DNA from: Terriglobia bacterium
GTDB lineage: Bacteria; Acidobacteriota; Terriglobia; Versatilivoradales; Versatilivoraceae
DNA: 64,000 nucleotides
Assembly (NCBI GenBank): GCA_965215235.1
Contig: OZ244053.1
Span: 1,953,649-2,017,648 of the forward strand
Reading direction: 5' to 3'
Shown here one piece after another: positions 11,021-19,974 of this stretch (within the stretch, counting starts at the first letter, position 1; every line of letters begins with the position of its first letter). The notes under the pieces are model-generated. The model did no database searches. It was not told the origin of the DNA and was given only the letters and a program-made list of their open reading frames with translations. Both the position numbers and the translations under genes were made by a program.

Positions 11021-11136
11021 ACCTCTGCATAACCGTTATTCCGGCGAAAGCCGGAATCCAGGAACGGTGAGTTTTCAGTAGGATAGCAGCGATAGCGCAT
11101 TGCCAAATTTCGCCTCGCCCGAGGAGTTATGCAGAG
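11021..11136. repeat. MITE-like element A: a 15-16 bp terminal inverted repeat (GACCTCTGCATAAC) flanking ~90 bp
   Basis: Left end gGGACCTCTGCATAACcg at 11019-11036. Right end AGTTATGCAGAGGTCtc at ~11121-11137, its exact reverse complement. The interior contains the hairpin TTCCGGCGAAAGCCGGAA. The same TIR recurs at 54660/54896. Confidence 0.5.
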
Positions 11137-11384
11137 GTCTCATGCAGTTTCACAGCCTGTCCTCAGGTTACGGTCAAAGTTTCTGAAATGATACTTCCGA
11201 CACGCTTGGCAGCCTCGACTGGGTGGTCGTCGACGAGATGTGCGCAGCACGCCGTGGTTCGATGTTGGCGGTGACCGAACAGCTTTCCGACCAAGGGCAG
11301 GTTCTCGCCGGACATCACGGCATGGCTGGCCACGGTGCAGCCTATTCGTATCTACTAAAATCCATGCGATTCACTATCTAAGTG

Positions 11385-11413
11385 TTGACGCCTGTCGATT
11401 GTCACTGTACACT
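11385..11413 (+). promoter_or_regulatory. Sigma70-like promoter candidate for higBA (TTGACG-N17-TACACT)
   Basis: TTGACG at 11385-11390, a 17-nt spacer, TACACT at 11408-11413, 6 nt before the higB GTG. This implies a leaderless or very short-leader transcript. Confidence 0.35.
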
Positions 11414-11419
11414 TGGAAA

Positions 11420-11698
11420 GTGATTAAATCGTTTCGTCATCCCGGCCTGAAACAGCTATATGAAGGTGAGCGATCTGCAAAGGTCTCGCAGAGCCATGTC
11501 GTGAAACTTAGGCGTATTCTGACCGCATTGGACCGAAGTAACGGTCCTGAAGGAATGGACCTTCCCGGCTTTCGATTGCATCCGCTCAAAGGCCGTATGA
11601 AAGGTCATCACGCGGTCTCCGTGTCGGGCAATTGGAGGGTGACATTTCGGTTCGAGAATGGGCACGCCGTAGATGCCAACTATCTGGACTATCATTAG
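11420..11698 (+). CDS. higB: HigB toxin (RelE/ParE superfamily, plasmid maintenance system killer family)
   Basis: VIKSFRHPGLKQLYEGERSAKVSQSHVVKLRRILTALDRSNGPEGMDLPGFRLHPLKGRMKGHHAVSVSGNWRVTFRFENGHAVDANYLDYH is a textbook HigB. GTG start at 11420. Confidence 0.8.
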   Translation: MIKSFRHPGLKQLYEGERSAKVSQSHVVKLRRILTALDRSNGPEGMDLPGFRLHPLKGRMKGHHAVSVSGNWRVTFRFENGHAVDANYLDYH

Positions 11699-11708
11699 GG
11701 GGGCCGAT

Positions 11709-11996
11709 ATGGTGATGAAAAATCCTGTGCATCCGGGCGCTATTGTGCGCGAAGACTGCCTGAAACCCTTGGGCTTGTCGATCTCCGAATGCGCAAAGAG
11801 ACTTGGCGTCGGGCGCCAAACGCTTTCCAACCTGGTGAATGAAAAGGCATCCGTTTCCATCGAAATGGCCTATCGGCTGTCGAAGGCGTTCGGCTCGACT
11901 CCCGAAACATGGCTTGGCATGCAGTTGGCGTTCGACCTTGCTCAATCGCGTGACCTAGAACGACAGATCAAGGTCAAACGCATCGTGGCTGCATAG
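11709..11996 (+). CDS. higA: HigA antitoxin (XRE-family HTH)
   Basis: MVMKNPVHPGAIVREDCLKPLGLSISECAKRLGVGRQTLSNLVNEKASVSIEMAYRLSKAFGSTPETWLGMQ carries the HigA HTH. GGGGGG RBS. It starts 11 nt after higB. Confidence 0.8.
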   Translation: MVMKNPVHPGAIVREDCLKPLGLSISECAKRLGVGRQTLSNLVNEKASVSIEMAYRLSKAFGSTPETWLGMQLAFDLAQSRDLERQIKVKRIVAA

Positions 11997-12103
11997 CACT
12001 CCCCACTTCAGAAAGACCAGGCTACGGCCGGGGGCCGGAACGTCGGACCATTCCCGCGCAAGGTACGGATGCCCTTTACCAAACTGATTCAACCATAACC
12101 TTC

Positions 12104-12409
12104 TCAAGAGGAATCTGGCCTCAGAGATCGTTCAACGTAATGGCGTTCATTGACGGCCGGACAGTGATTGATGAAGTAGGGAACGTTCTGCGCGCCCTGG
12201 GATTCAAGCACATCCATCTGAACCAGCGCTTCTTTCAAGTCTTCCGGGTCTGGTATGACCAGAATCAGAACGAAATCGACATATGGCGCAATCCATTTAT
12301 CAAGCTCTAGGCGGTTATCGGTGCTATCAATAGTGCACCGGCCGTCAGTGTTGACAGTCACGTTGACAAGCGTCTGTAGTTTTTCCGGTTCCCGTGCGTC
12401 GTAATACAT
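12104..12409 (-). CDS. Hypothetical 101-aa protein (no recognisable family)
   Basis: ATG-initiated ORF in the lower-GC patch next to higBA (MYYDAREPEKLQTLVNVTVNTDGRCTIDSTDNRLELDKW...). Codon usage is poorer than in neighbouring genes. Confidence 0.35.
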   Translation of the reverse strand: MYYDAREPEKLQTLVNVTVNTDGRCTIDSTDNRLELDKWIAPYVDFVLILVIPDPEDLKEALVQMDVLESQGAQNVPYFINHCPAVNERHYVERSLRPDSS

Positions 12410-12446
12410 GTAAGGCCGCCGTTCACTTTAAACGGGGGACGCGGAT

Positions 12447-12475
12447 TTGAGCGCCGGAAACCTTTCCGGTATACT
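12447..12475 (+). promoter_or_regulatory. Near-consensus sigma70 promoter upstream of nifS/iscS, with a palindromic spacer
   Basis: TTGAGC at 12447-12452, a 17-nt spacer, TATACT at 12470-12475. The spacer is a perfect inverted repeat, CCGGAAA cc TTTCCGG, a possible operator. It lies 78 bp upstream of the ATG at 12553. Confidence 0.4.
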
Positions 12476-12552
12476 ACGATTCATTGAGAGAAGACTCTCG
12501 AAGCGGCAACCGTCACCAATAGACGGGGACGGCCGAGGGTCGAGTCGAGGCC

Positions 12553-13731
12553 ATGCGCCGTATTTACCTGGATAACAATGCGACCACCCGGGTAGCCCCG
12601 GAAGTGCTGCAAGCCATGTTGCCTTATTATGGAGAATCCTTTGGCAATCCCTCCAGCGTTCACGGGTACGGACAGGAAGCTAAAGCGGCCCTGGATCTGG
12701 CCCGACAACAGGTGGCTTCCTTGTTGAACTCGGAGCCCAACGAAATCGTGTTCACCGCCGGTGGAACCGAAAGTGACAATCTTGCCATTCGCGGGATCAT
12801 CGAGGCGGCTCCAGGAACAGACAAGCACGTGGTGACCTCGCAAATCGAACACCACGCGGTGCTGCATACCTGTCAGCGTCTGGAGAAGCTCGGAGTTCGG
12901 GTCACCTATCTCCCCGTCAATCGAGAAGGATTGGTGGATCCGGAGGAAGCCGCCAAAGCCATTCAGGACAACACCCGGCTGATTTCCATCATGCATGCCA
13001 ACAACGAGATTGGCACGTTGCAGCCGATGCGCGAAATCGGCGACATCGCCAGGGATCGGGGCGTTTATTTCCATGTGGATGCCGTGCAGTCTGCGGGAAA
13101 AGTCCCCCTGCATCCCGCTGAGTTTGGAGCCGATCTTCTCTCCATCAGCGCCCACAAGTTTCACGGGCCCAAGGGAGTTGGGGCCCTCTATGTGAAAAAG
13201 GGAACGCGCCTGCGGCCCATGATCTATGGAGGAGGCCACGAAAGAAACCGCAGGGCGGGAACAGAAAATGTGCCTCAAATTGTCGGCCTGGGCTGTGCTG
13301 CAGAATTGGCGATGGAGGCCATGGAGAAAGAAGGCCCACGCATTCAGCGATTGAGGGATGGGTTCGAGAAGGAAGTGCGACAGCGTATTCCGGATACCTC
13401 GGTGAACGGCTATGCCGAGTCGAGACTACCCAATACCTCCAATATTCGCTTTGCCGGAGCCGAGTCAGAGGGATTGATCATCAATCTGGATCTGGACGGA
13501 GTCGCTTGTTCAACGGGGTCGGCTTGCTCCTCCGGGGCTATCGAGCCTTCCCATGTATTGACAGCGCTGGGCCTGTCCCCCGAGGAGGCTTTCGAGTGCA
13601 TCCGCTTCAGCTTTTCCAAAGACACGAGTCACGATGACCTGGCTCAGGTGCTGGACCTGCTACCCGACCTGGTCGCACGACAACGGGAGATGTCATCTCC
13701 TGGAAAACATGCCTACTCCATGATCTCCTGA
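12553..13731 (+). CDS. Cysteine desulfurase (NifS/IscS class V aminotransferase)
   Basis: MRRIYLDNNATTRVAPEVLQAMLPYYGESFGNPSSVHGYG...SAHKFHGPKGVGALYV...CSTGSACSSG has the PLP-lysine and active-site Cys loop. Confidence 0.9.
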   Translation: MRRIYLDNNATTRVAPEVLQAMLPYYGESFGNPSSVHGYGQEAKAALDLARQQVASLLNSEPNEIVFTAGGTESDNLAIRGIIEAAPGTDKHVVTSQIEHHAVLHTCQRLEKLGVRVTYLPVNREGLVDPEEAAKAIQDNTRLISIMHANNEIGTLQPMREIGDIARDRGVYFHVDAVQSAGKVPLHPAEFGADLLSISAHKFHGPKGVGALYVKKGTRLRPMIYGGGHERNRRAGTENVPQIVGLGCAAELAMEAMEKEGPRIQRLRDGFEKEVRQRIPDTSVNGYAESRLPNTSNIRFAGAESEGLIINLDLDGVACSTGSACSSGAIEPSHVLTALGLSPEEAFECIRFSFSKDTSHDDLAQVLDLLPDLVARQREMSSPGKHAYSMIS

Positions 13732-13855
13732 ATCATTGAAGTCTGAATCCTGACTCCTGGCGAGAGCCAGACGGGTCCGGACAACCCTTACCCAAACGCT
13801 GCAACGGTCGAGGGGACTTCAATCGCGCTATGCGCAATCGTGAGCGAGACCACCA

Positions 13856-15031
13856 ATGTCAGAGAAAATCGTCATTGCGATGAGTGGCGGCGTAGACAGT
13901 TCAACCGCTGCGGCCTTGCTGAGGGATCAGGGGTACGATGTTGTCGGACTCTCCATGCAGCTATGGGACTACACCCGCAAGGAAACCAGCGACGATGATG
14001 CCTGGGAACTGAAGAAGTCCGGAACGTGCTGCTCTCTCGACGACATCTATGATGCTCGTCGGGTCGCCCGCTTTCTCAACATTCCCTTCTACGTGGTGAA
14101 TTTCGAGCAGGCTTTTGAAAAGGAAGTGGTGCGTCCCTTCGTCGAGAGCTACCTCGGCGGCGAGACTCCCATTCCTTGTACTCGCTGCAACACCCTCATG
14201 AAGTTCGACCGCCTGCTGGCGCGGGCAACTCAGATCGGAGCCAGCCGGATCGCCACGGGCCACTATGCCCGCATTCGTCACAACTCACAGACCGGCCGTT
14301 ACGAGCTCCTGCGCGCTATCGACAAGTCCAAGGACCAGTCCTTCTTCTTGTTTGACTTGACTCAGGCCCAACTGAGTCGAATGCACTTTCCCCTGGGTGA
14401 ATTCACCAAAGCCGAGGTGCGCCGGATGGCCGAAACCTATCGTCTACCCATCTCCGCCAAACCGGACAGCCAGGAGATTTGCTTTATCCCCAGCAAAGAC
14501 ACCGGACGTTTTGTGGAGAGATATTCGGCAAGCCAACAGGAAGAGGCCGAAGGAAAAAACAGTCCGGATAAGGATTCAACAACAGGCCGAGCCAAACCGG
14601 GTCCCGGGGGGGCCGGGCCAATCGTGAACCAGCAGGGAAAGGTGTTGGGAGAACACCAGGGAATCCATCATTTCACGGTGGGTCAGAGGAAAGGGCTGGG
14701 GGTGTCTGCCGGAGAGCGTCTCTATGTCATCGAGACCGACCCTCACGACCGCCGGGTGGTCGTGGGTCGTGACCGTGATCTGCTCCGGTCCAGCTTGATC
14801 GCCAACCGGGTGAATTGGATCTCCATCGAGAAAGGGGCAAAACCGATGCGAGTTCGGGCCCAGATTCGCAACCGGCACGAGGCCGCCGATGCAACGCTGT
14901 TGGCCCAAGACCCGGGCTCGGTTGTGGTTCGCTTCGATGAGCCTCAGCGTGCCGTCACTCCCGGGCAAGCCGTGGTTTTCTACCGGGATGACTTGGTGGT
15001 GGGTGGAGGCTGGATTCAAGAAGGCCGGTAG
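13856..15031 (+). CDS. mnmA: tRNA-specific 2-thiouridylase MnmA
   Basis: MSEKIVIAMSGGVDSSTAAALL (PP-loop), CCSLDDIYDARRVA, and the C-terminal tRNA-binding barrel. It sits directly downstream of the cysteine desulfurase gene, a classic pairing. Confidence 0.9.
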   Translation: MSEKIVIAMSGGVDSSTAAALLRDQGYDVVGLSMQLWDYTRKETSDDDAWELKKSGTCCSLDDIYDARRVARFLNIPFYVVNFEQAFEKEVVRPFVESYLGGETPIPCTRCNTLMKFDRLLARATQIGASRIATGHYARIRHNSQTGRYELLRAIDKSKDQSFFLFDLTQAQLSRMHFPLGEFTKAEVRRMAETYRLPISAKPDSQEICFIPSKDTGRFVERYSASQQEEAEGKNSPDKDSTTGRAKPGPGGAGPIVNQQGKVLGEHQGIHHFTVGQRKGLGVSAGERLYVIETDPHDRRVVVGRDRDLLRSSLIANRVNWISIEKGAKPMRVRAQIRNRHEAADATLLAQDPGSVVVRFDEPQRAVTPGQAVVFYRDDLVVGGGWIQEGR

Positions 15032-15120
15032 TCAAAAGCCTGTATGAGGACCAGAACCGATGGAGACAGCGGCCTCTTGAAACGACCACGGACGTTCTTG
15101 CGTTTGCAGAGCCGCGCCCT

Positions 15121-16149
15121 ATGAAGACGGGAATTCTCTGGGACGATCTCTTCTTGCAACACGACACCGGGCCCGCACACCCGGAATGCAAAGAGCGGTT
15201 GCTTGCCATCCGGCAGGGGTTGGAGTCCTACCCTCATCTCAAAGATCTCAAGAACCTTGGTTTCAGACCGGCCACCGAGCGGGAGCTCGGTCTGGTCCAC
15301 CCTGCCGCCTACATTCGGACCATCCAGCAAACCTCTGCCAAGCCCTTCTCACAACTCGATCCGGACACGGTGGTCTGCGAAACCAGTTATGAAGTGGCCA
15401 TCCACGCGGTCGGTGGAATCCTTCAAATGATCGAGTCCCTCCTGTCGGGCGGAATCGACAATGGCTTCGCCTTCGTCAGGCCCCCAGGGCACCACGCGGA
15501 ACCCAATCGGGCCATGGGATTCTGTCTCTTCAGCAACCTGGCCCTGGGCGCAGCTCATGCTTTAAAGCATTTTGGGTTGAAACGAATCCTCATCGTTGAC
15601 TTCGACGTTCATCACGGCAACGGCACTCAAAAGACGTTCTATGATCGGGAGGACGTCTTATTCATCTCGACCCATCAGTTCCCTCTTTTTCCGGGGACAG
15701 GTGATTTCCCTGAAACCGGCAGCTCCTCCGGAAAGGGCTTCACCCTCAATTTTCCTCTACCCGCCGGGACCGAAGATTCAACCTATCGACACCTCTTCAA
15801 GGAAATTGTCCTTCCCGTGGCTGAGGCCTACCGACCTCAATTGATCCTGGTGTCAGCCGGTTTCGATGCTTATATCGAAGACCCTTTGGCTGGGATGCGG
15901 GTCACTCCGGCCGGATTTGCGTCCATCGCTCATCACCTCAAAACCCTGGCGGACCAGGTATGCCGGGGCAAGATGATCCTTGTCCTGGAAGGCGGCTATC
16001 ACCTTCAGGGCCTGCAAGAAAGTGTGCTGCGAGTGCTGGACGAGCTCTGCGGACATCCGGGTTCGCTTCAACCACCAGATCCTACTGACCTGTTCGAGGC
16101 TGTTCGCGCCAGAGCCAGGACACAGTTCGGCTCCTATTGGAAGTTCTAA
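15121..16149 (+). CDS. Histone deacetylase family protein (AcuC/HDAC-like amidohydrolase)
   Basis: VDFDVHHGNGTQ, FVRPPGHHAE and GGYHLQ motifs of the arginase/deacetylase fold. Confidence 0.85.
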   Translation: MKTGILWDDLFLQHDTGPAHPECKERLLAIRQGLESYPHLKDLKNLGFRPATERELGLVHPAAYIRTIQQTSAKPFSQLDPDTVVCETSYEVAIHAVGGILQMIESLLSGGIDNGFAFVRPPGHHAEPNRAMGFCLFSNLALGAAHALKHFGLKRILIVDFDVHHGNGTQKTFYDREDVLFISTHQFPLFPGTGDFPETGSSSGKGFTLNFPLPAGTEDSTYRHLFKEIVLPVAEAYRPQLILVSAGFDAYIEDPLAGMRVTPAGFASIAHHLKTLADQVCRGKMILVLEGGYHLQGLQESVLRVLDELCGHPGSLQPPDPTDLFEAVRARARTQFGSYWKF

Positions 16150-16324
16150 CCGATCCGCCGAGCATTAGGGTCAAGGCCGCGGGGCAAACGAGGATCTTGT
16201 GGTCGACGATCTCGCCTGGATTGGTGGGCCGTTCTCAAGAAAATCTTACCTGGAATGAGAACTTTGTTGTCAAGAATCAGAAAATTGCCATTATAATCTC
16301 AAGAAGAGACTCCAGACCGGGACG

Positions 16325-17092
16325 GTGGTCAATAGGGTGAGATACTTATTCATCAGTCTAATCTCCGTCGCTCTTCTTCACCAACCAGCGATTGGGAAAA
16401 AAGATCAGTCGCAACTGGATGATCCTGCTCGCAGGGAGCTGGTTCGGACACTCTCCAGCGAATATGCCACCCTTAAAGTTCCCCTCCCCATTAACAGCAA
16501 GGGACTGACGATTGACGACGCTGGTGAGTTCGATTGGGAGAAGCACGAAGTGTCCCTGCTTCGCAGCGGCCAGTTCATCACGGCCGGCATCCGGGTCCAG
16601 ATCACCAAGGTAAGCTTCGACAAAAAGAAATTGCGTTTCGAGCTCAACGGCGGTGGAAAGAAAAAGAAGCGTATCCTGGAGCGAATCTACGCCGGGACCG
16701 GCCGCGCAGTGACGACTCTCGCCAAACCTTCAGATCCCTCCAATCCCAAGGGCTCTTTCCTCACCATCAAGTTCGACAAATTCGTTCCCGACCTGACTCC
16801 GGAGGAAGTCAAATCCATTGTCTCTTCGGTTCTGGACTTTAGTAGACAGAGCTCGACCAAGAGCTTCATCGAAACCCTGCCGGAAGAATTCAAGGAAGCC
16901 ATCAGAAAGAAACGGGCGGCTGTCGGCATGGACAAAGACACGGTTCTGGCCTCCATGGGCCAACCCCTTCGGAGGGTTTGGGAAACCAAAGGAGAAGTCC
17001 GTGTCGAAGAGTGGATTTATGGGGAGAGGCCCTACAAAGTCATCTTCGTGGAGTTTCACGAGGGAATCGTGGTCAGCATCAAGGAGTACTGA
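16325..17092 (+). CDS. Hypothetical secreted protein
   Basis: GTG-initiated ORF with an N-terminal signal-like segment (YLFISLISVALLHQPAIG) and a Lys-rich low-complexity stretch. No family recognised. Confidence 0.5.
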   Translation: MVNRVRYLFISLISVALLHQPAIGKKDQSQLDDPARRELVRTLSSEYATLKVPLPINSKGLTIDDAGEFDWEKHEVSLLRSGQFITAGIRVQITKVSFDKKKLRFELNGGGKKKKRILERIYAGTGRAVTTLAKPSDPSNPKGSFLTIKFDKFVPDLTPEEVKSIVSSVLDFSRQSSTKSFIETLPEEFKEAIRKKRAAVGMDKDTVLASMGQPLRRVWETKGEVRVEEWIYGERPYKVIFVEFHEGIVVSIKEY

Positions 17093-17124
17093 GCCCGCTT
17101 CCCTTTTCCTTTCATCGTCTCCCA

Positions 17125-17586
17125 TCAGAATTTCTTGATCTGCCTGAGCGCTTCGTACACCACGATGGCCACGGAGTTGCCCAGGTTGTGGCTCCGCGGC
17201 TTGTTGCCCCACATCGGTATCCTGAGGGATTGTTGCGGCTGTTTCTCGATTAAATCCCGCGGCAATCCTCTGGTCTCACTTCCAAACACCAAATAGTCTC
17301 CCCAGCGGTAATTCGCCTCCGTGTAGAGCCTTCTGGCTTTAGCGGAGACATAATAAAACCTGGCATCGGGCGCCGCTTCCTGCAACTGCCCCAGAGAGGA
17401 ATGGCGAGTCACCTTCAGTAACGACCAGTAATCCAAACCGGCTCGTCTTAAGTGAGCGTCCGAGATCGAGAAGCCCAAGGGTCCAACCAGATGCAGCTGG
17501 CATTCAGTGAGAACACAGAGCCGCCCTATGTTCCCTGTGTTCTGAGGAATTTCCGGCTCCACCAGGACTACATGCATTTGCCGCAA
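17125..17586 (-). CDS. trmL: tRNA (cytidine/uridine-2'-O-)-methyltransferase TrmL (SpoU/TrmH family)
   Basis: MHVVLVEPEIPQNTGNIGRLC...LVFGSETRGLP...SLRIPM... is the TrmL signature. Confidence 0.85.
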   Translation of the reverse strand: MRQMHVVLVEPEIPQNTGNIGRLCVLTECQLHLVGPLGFSISDAHLRRAGLDYWSLLKVTRHSSLGQLQEAAPDARFYYVSAKARRLYTEANYRWGDYLVFGSETRGLPRDLIEKQPQQSLRIPMWGNKPRSHNLGNSVAIVVYEALRQIKKF

Positions 17587-17619
17587 CCGTCGGCCGGCGG
17601 GGTGGAAGCTCTCTAGAGC

Positions 17620-19852
17620 CTAGGGAACTCGGAGCATGGTCTTTCCAAGGCTCACGTTACCCGCGGCGTCGTAGACACGCAAAGCCACCACGTGCTCGCC
17701 ATTCTTGAGAGGCTCGGTGGTGACTTGAAACTCTTCCGACTTCGAATCGATAATGCCATCGCTCGAGAAGATGGCTTTCCATTCACCCCCATCCGTTGAG
17801 AAGTCGGCCTTGCGAAGACTGGACACCGTGTCCGTCACTCGGAACTGTAGCGCTGCCGTTGCCCCGTGGACCTCGCTGGACAAAACTTCGACCACCGGTG
17901 GTGTGTTGTCAATGATGAAGGGAGCACTGATCAACTCCCCGGACTTGGCGCTGGAGGACGGGTTGGAAGGTGAATCACTGGCCAGAATTTTAATCAGATA
18001 AGACCCATCGGGAAGGCCTCCGGATTGCAAAGTGAAGTTAAGGCGCGGATGATCCCGCACCAGTGGCTTCCAGTTCGACTCGCTCTCTCCCCGATAATCA
18101 ATAGAGAAGGCTAATTCATCGCCGTTGGGATCTTCGGCCTTCCAAGTAAAGGACTGCGATCCCTTTTGGAAGGCGCGACGTGAGCGATTGGAAGCGCCGG
18201 GGCGCTTGGGGATGGCCTTGGCCGCTCCAGAGATTTCTGCAGCTTCCCGGTCGGCAGGAGAGACCTGGGATGGATTGGAGGAAAAATCGGCACCCCGCAG
18301 AAAGGCCACTCCCTGAGGCAGAATCTTGATGGACTTGACCTCTGGAGCCAGGTTCTGCTGGAGATAGGGAATGACCACTCGACTCAGTTGAGGGGAGACT
18401 TGTGTGGTGGTCTCCAACACCACTTTGTACTGGATATACCGGGCTCCGGGACTGTCGATTTTTTCCCCTCCCGATCGAGTGTAAGCCTTTGACCAATCGC
18501 TCCAGGTTCGGTCGGGCCGTTGAGTATTGCCACTGCGAGTATAGAGTTTCAGGCTGGCGCCCTTGGGAACTTTCGCCTGCCAACTCACACGGCCCCCAGC
18601 GAGAGACAACTTTCGAGTCTCTAACCTCAGACTCGAAGCTACCGCGACGATTGAGCTGGTTCTTGAGCCGATAGATCCTGGCAAGATTGCTGGTGCAGGC
18701 TACCAGCCCGTTATCGGCTGGAATCAAGCGGGTGGTCTGTTCTTCAGTGGTCTCGATCAGAAGGGTCAATTCTCCCTTGCTGTTGAGGGAATAAATCTTG
18801 CCTTTGTCTCCGCTGGAGAAAATGACGTCCCCCCCGTTATCAACGTGCAGCCCGTAAGCAATCTCTCTGTTCGAAGACCAAAGCGTTTCCACCGAGCGGT
18901 CCTGACGAATCCGGTGCAAGCGACTTTTCAATTTACCGAGGATCGGCGGAACGGAGCTTGGAACCGGCGGGTGGGAACGGGGTTTGACGGCAGTTTCTCT
19001 CTGTCTTACCCTGGATAATGACAAACCCGCCGAAACGGCGTCCGGCGGGGGCAAGGCGGCGGCCGTCTCCTCAACATCGGGCGCCATGCGTCCGGCCTCC
19101 CCGTTGACCGCAATGAAGTAGATCTCTCCCTCAGCGTTGACCTGGATATCGTGAACCTCATTCATTCCGGTGTCGAACAGCACGAAGGCTTTGCCGTCAG
19201 GGGCAATCCGGTAGACGTAGCCTCTGGGGTCGCTGCCCGCCACCAAGTGATTTTGTGAATCGACAGCCAGGCAAATCACGTTGGTCTGCCCCGTATCGTA
19301 GAGTTCTTCCCCTTCACCCTGCTGGCTGACCTTGTAGATCTTTCCCTTGCCTCCGGTAGCCACGTAAAGGACTCCGTCGGGGCCGAAAACCAGGTCCCAA
19401 ATAAATTTATCTACCGGATCAAAAAAAACCGAGACCTTCCCCGCGGGCGACACTTTATAAACCTTGCCGTTGGGAGAGGTGGCCGCATACAGGTTCTGTT
19501 GGCCGTCGAGCGCCAGCGCTAGCACATCCAACTCTGTCGCGTCGAAAAAGAGTGAGGACTTGCCGGAGTCGTCAACTCTAAAAACCTTGCCGTCGTGCCC
19601 TGTAGCCACGTAAAGGTTGCGGTTACCATCAAAGACCGCAGACCAGATGAGAGCTTGATCCGAATCCAGGACCGAGTCAAATTGGCGGGCCAGAGCCAGA
19701 GTGCCATCCTCCCGAAGGGAGAGTCCCCGAAGATTCCCTTTGGAAAAATCGCTGAAGGAGGAGGTCGTCCAAAACTCCGGGCTGACGGCCAGCATTTTCA
19801 AGCAGAGCAGCGGCATGACCCACAGGTAAGCCATCAAGGTTTTCCGTATCAT
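17620..19852 (-). CDS. Secreted beta-propeller (YVTN/NHL-like) protein with a C-terminal beta-sandwich region; the reading frame is interrupted at a C5 run near 18593-18597
   Basis: The two minus ORFs 18116..19912 and 17620..18684 together form one protein. It has a signal peptide (MIRKTLMAYLWVMPLLCLKMLAVS) and repeated NLYVATGHDGKVFRV / LYVATGGKGKIYKV blades. After the frame change it continues as ...RVSWQAKVPKGASLKLYTRSG.... Both pieces look genuinely coding. Confidence 0.6.
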
Positions 19853-19974
19853 TCCGACTCCGTCTTCGCTCTGCGGGAAACTAAAGAATTTTCTGGAAAC
19901 AGTAAGAGGCAATCCAAGGAAACGCCACCGCTGGATTGCTCACCTGAATGCTGCGCCATGGGAATGCCCTTCAC

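Noticed and set aside
12481-13278. 265-aa minus-strand ORF
   Set aside because: Antisense to the cysteine desulfurase gene, which is unambiguous.
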